This document shows, piece after piece, positions 61,001-64,000 of a stretch of 64,000 nucleotides of DNA. This DNA is from Neodothiora populina. Lineage: Eukaryota. The stretch covers positions 186,001 through 250,000 of the forward strand of contig NW_027191404.1 of assembly GCF_041146345.1 (NCBI RefSeq), in the 5' to 3' direction. Position numbers and translations under genes: made by a program. A model generated the notes under the pieces. It saw only the letters and a list, made by a program, of their open reading frames with translations, searched no databases and had not been told where the DNA came from. Numbering within the stretch: the stretch's first letter is position 1; the number at the start of each line of letters is the position of its first letter.

Positions 61001-61819
61001 ACCCATAATATCAGGCAACCTCGAGTTCTCCTTTATGATATGTTTCGGGCGCTCGGTCAAGGTATCAGTAGCGGCTAAGAAGAGGCTGATTGGTCTGTTA
61101 CTCCCGTTGTCCGCTAATGGTAGAAGCATCGGTTCAGGGAGCACGTAGTCGTTTATAGTGATGACTCTCCGGGACATTCGCTGCCGAAGGCTCTTGAATC
61201 GTGCTGGCAGAACAGGCGTCTGATATCCTATACCTCGCTGCAGAGTTATGGATCTGTACGTCTTTTGCGGCATGGTCATCAATCTCTTCTTGCGATGGGT
61301 GTAACCATGTCGCCGCGCAAGCAAATGGTGTAACACGGCACGGAGATCTGCATAGTGACCTGACCGTCTGCTAATTCTGACGCCGATGAGAGAGAGGATA
61401 AGCCGCAAGAAGATATCGCAGAGCACGACACTGAAGAGCATCGTCCCCACTGGAAAGCGAAAGCTCCACAATGAACTAAGTAATGTGGACTGACCAAGTA
61501 AGGCACTAGAAAATGTGTCGAATGACCCCCGCGAGGCCACACGGTGGTGCATCATGGAGAGGTCGAGACCAGAAACAGCAGGGGCGTCAGTCAGCCATGG
61601 GCTACTATTTTGAGTATCACGCGGAGTAGGATTCAACAGGCATGGATGTATCTTGGAAGGAAACAATTCATCGGGGCGGGTTGCAGAGATGGCGTCGGCC
61701 GTGGATAGATGAGCGCGGCAGTGGACGCTCTTGTGTAGGGTATCTCCATGCTGCAAAAGCCAATTTGCAGCAAGGGAGTTGGGGGCGGATGGAATAACCG
61801 GGCATCTGATCGGTGCCAT
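58064..61819 (-). pseudogene. Long orphan reading frame (1252 codons) interrupted by in-frame TAG (60917-60919) and TAA (58487-58489); pseudogene or recoded gene
   Basis: ORF-track pieces 60917-61819 (300 aa), 58487-60913 (808 aa) and 58064-58468 (134 aa) are all in one frame, separated only by single stops (..DIGN*KLWSY.., ..DRPL*SEAFNRMRERR..). One hydrophobic segment (MLFSVVLCDIFLRLILSLIGV); otherwise Ser/His/Pro-rich. Confidence 0.7.
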
Positions 61820-64000
61820 TGCAATGTCATAAGCATCGTGAGAGGACTAGTGAGGTTGGAATCTCCCAGACCTGCAAGAGCACTGTACCTGCAGCCGTTT
61901 CGGATACTCGCATTGGTGGCAACAAGTCACCGACTCGATGTGCAGGCAATGCACGACAGTACAGTACAGAACAGTACAGCAGCGGCGGGGTTAACGCAAT
62001 CGGACTCGATCGTCAGCTACGCAAATCCCCCTAGCACTTTGCTTACGACCAGTCTGACGACATTTACATTAACCGTACCTGGCAGCGGACGAGGTAAAAT
62101 GTCAGGCCGCATGCACGCTACAATCTCCCTGCACGGAAGCAGATCGCTCCTTCCACCCTTAGGTGCCCTGGTGTATGTTGTACTGCGATCGTCGGGCCAC
62201 GCAGCATTGTCGATGGCCATGTCGAAGCGCGTGCAGTGTATGCGAGATAGGCATGCGATTTCAGATCTTCAGCAAACGCACACGTAAATATAGACGAGAC
62301 GGCCTCGGATTGTTTGACGGCGACAAGCAGTTGTGCAACTAAGGGCAAGGTATATATTAGCCGTACTGTATATACTTTTGTTTGCAACCTGACCTGACAC
62401 TACGCGGCCGCAACATGTCCCTGACGTCGGTTATGCAGGTGAAATGAAAATGTAGCGGCAGAATTGAACAAGAGTTGTGAAGCGAAGAAGGCGCCCGCGG
62501 ATATGATCCCCCCGCAAAGACGGCGTCTCACAGACCACACACTTTGATCACTCTGCAAGACATCCACAGATAGGGCCTGTAGATTTGTCACACATTTGGC
62601 AGCATTGGCGATACCGACGGACTTGATCGGATGACGGAGGGAGAAGATCTGTTGCGCTAAGCCACTGCGCTGGGAACATGTACATCGTAGCTTTTGGAGT
62701 AATTGCAGCCCCCTACTGCGCTCAATCTGCTCACATTTTCAGTGTAGCGGATCAAGGGATGTGATCAAATCGAAGTAGTACCCTCCGGCCTTTGTCGTTT
62801 GCGTAAGCGGATCATGCGGTGCTCTCAAGGTTCAACGTTTCGTAGACAGTGGATTCTCTGGTTCCCACAACGGTGCCTGTTCCCTGCTGCCCCGACGCCA
62901 TGGATCGATTGCGAAAAGAGAGCTTGTCGCTTGTGGTTGGTTCCTCGAGATCTACCGGTGCGCCCTGGCGTGACGAACCGCACGTTAGACTTTTCGAGGG
63001 CTGACCCGAACGGAGAGACTTGCAGGACGCGGTGGCTTGGACCCAACACCATGTCTATGGACTCACATAGGACTCGGCATCGCTTCGAGCATTGACAGCT
63101 ACCCAAGCTTGTTTAGGCACACTCTCCCTCGAATAGCCTCCTTGAGCATGGTCATGGCTGCTTTGAACGAAGCCTCAAACGACCGGATCAAACTCCCGCT
63201 CACTAGGCGGCACTCAATCTGGCAAGATCAAGGATTTCTGCTCTCGAGTGTACGTTACGAAGCGATATTGATCGATGGGGCCGTCTGCGGCATGAACCTT
63301 TCTTCGAATCTTATTTGACGCCCGAGTAGAAGGCTAGCCTCAAGCAGATCGAAATACTACCGACAACGGACATTGCATGGGTGTCTTCAGCTTGGCTGAG
63401 ATTGATATCGTGCAGGTATGATCGGCATGAATGGAGATTCCAAAAGATCTGTGACGATTTGAGATCCACGGAGGTCAATGATTTGCGAGTCCAGTCTTGA
63501 GTCTATCTATAAAGGTGCTTGTCCCAGACACGGTAAAGTCCCTTAGTCCTCACCATTCAAGCTGTATAAGTCTTTGGTTCCTGTCAAACTCTGTAGTTCC
63601 CTCGTCTAGCTCCAACTTTATTAGCGTCTACCGGTCAACCGAGAGAAGGCCCCACTGCCCTTTATATCTTACTCCGTTACCTCTTCACCACCAGCTATTC
63701 GAGTAAGACTGTCATTCTCCATTTCCACACTCTAGGGATATCACATCACCCTCGGCATTGCTACTATTTTCGAGGTATGTGCTTGAAGAGCGATTTGCTA
63801 CCCTGTTGCCCCCCTTGTACTTGGCATATCTTTGGTTTAGTAAAGGCTCAAGCTCTGTCCAGAGTGGCCTCCCCTTCCTCGACTTTCGAGAGTCAGATGC
63901 CATCGAGGGGTAGATCGCGGACAGGGGGAAGCTCGAGCACCAGGGAGACGCCGTCGAGAGCCCGACGATATCAGGCTGACCAAGTACCGTCTGCAGTCAG

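Noticed and set aside
62000..64000. Short ORFs at the right end (e.g. 63712-63903)
   Set aside because: Too short and featureless to support; may belong to a gene beyond the window.

Overview
Eukaryotic DNA from a filamentous ascomycete (Pezizomycotina), judged from GT-AG introns with CTRAC/CTAAT branch points and typical fungal genes. Conserved genes: a >1600-aa low-complexity/coiled-coil protein running off the left edge, a DHA1-type MFS transporter, a conserved CxxC protein, an OPT transporter, a Fic1/Inn1-like C2 protein, a small acidic protein, a putative OB-fold protein, a DUF3455 protein, cytoplasmic TrpRS, a Trk-type K+ transporter, a BBE-like FAD oxidoreductase and an ISWI ATPase. 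Two accessory regions are the most interesting. (i) ~13.4-20 kb holds a stand-alone retropepsin-like protease ORF broken by one in-frame UAG, facing three small TATA-driven orphan genes; in two of them the start codon lies inside a canonical-looking intron. (ii) ~47.5-64 kb holds an 80-bp tandem repeat, three paralogous intron-containing single-TM microprotein genes that the ORF track misses, and a ~1250-codon reading frame interrupted only by an in-frame UAG and a UAA. There is also an intronless multi-CCHC zinc-knuckle orphan. All family assignments come from motif recognition by eye; no searches were run.
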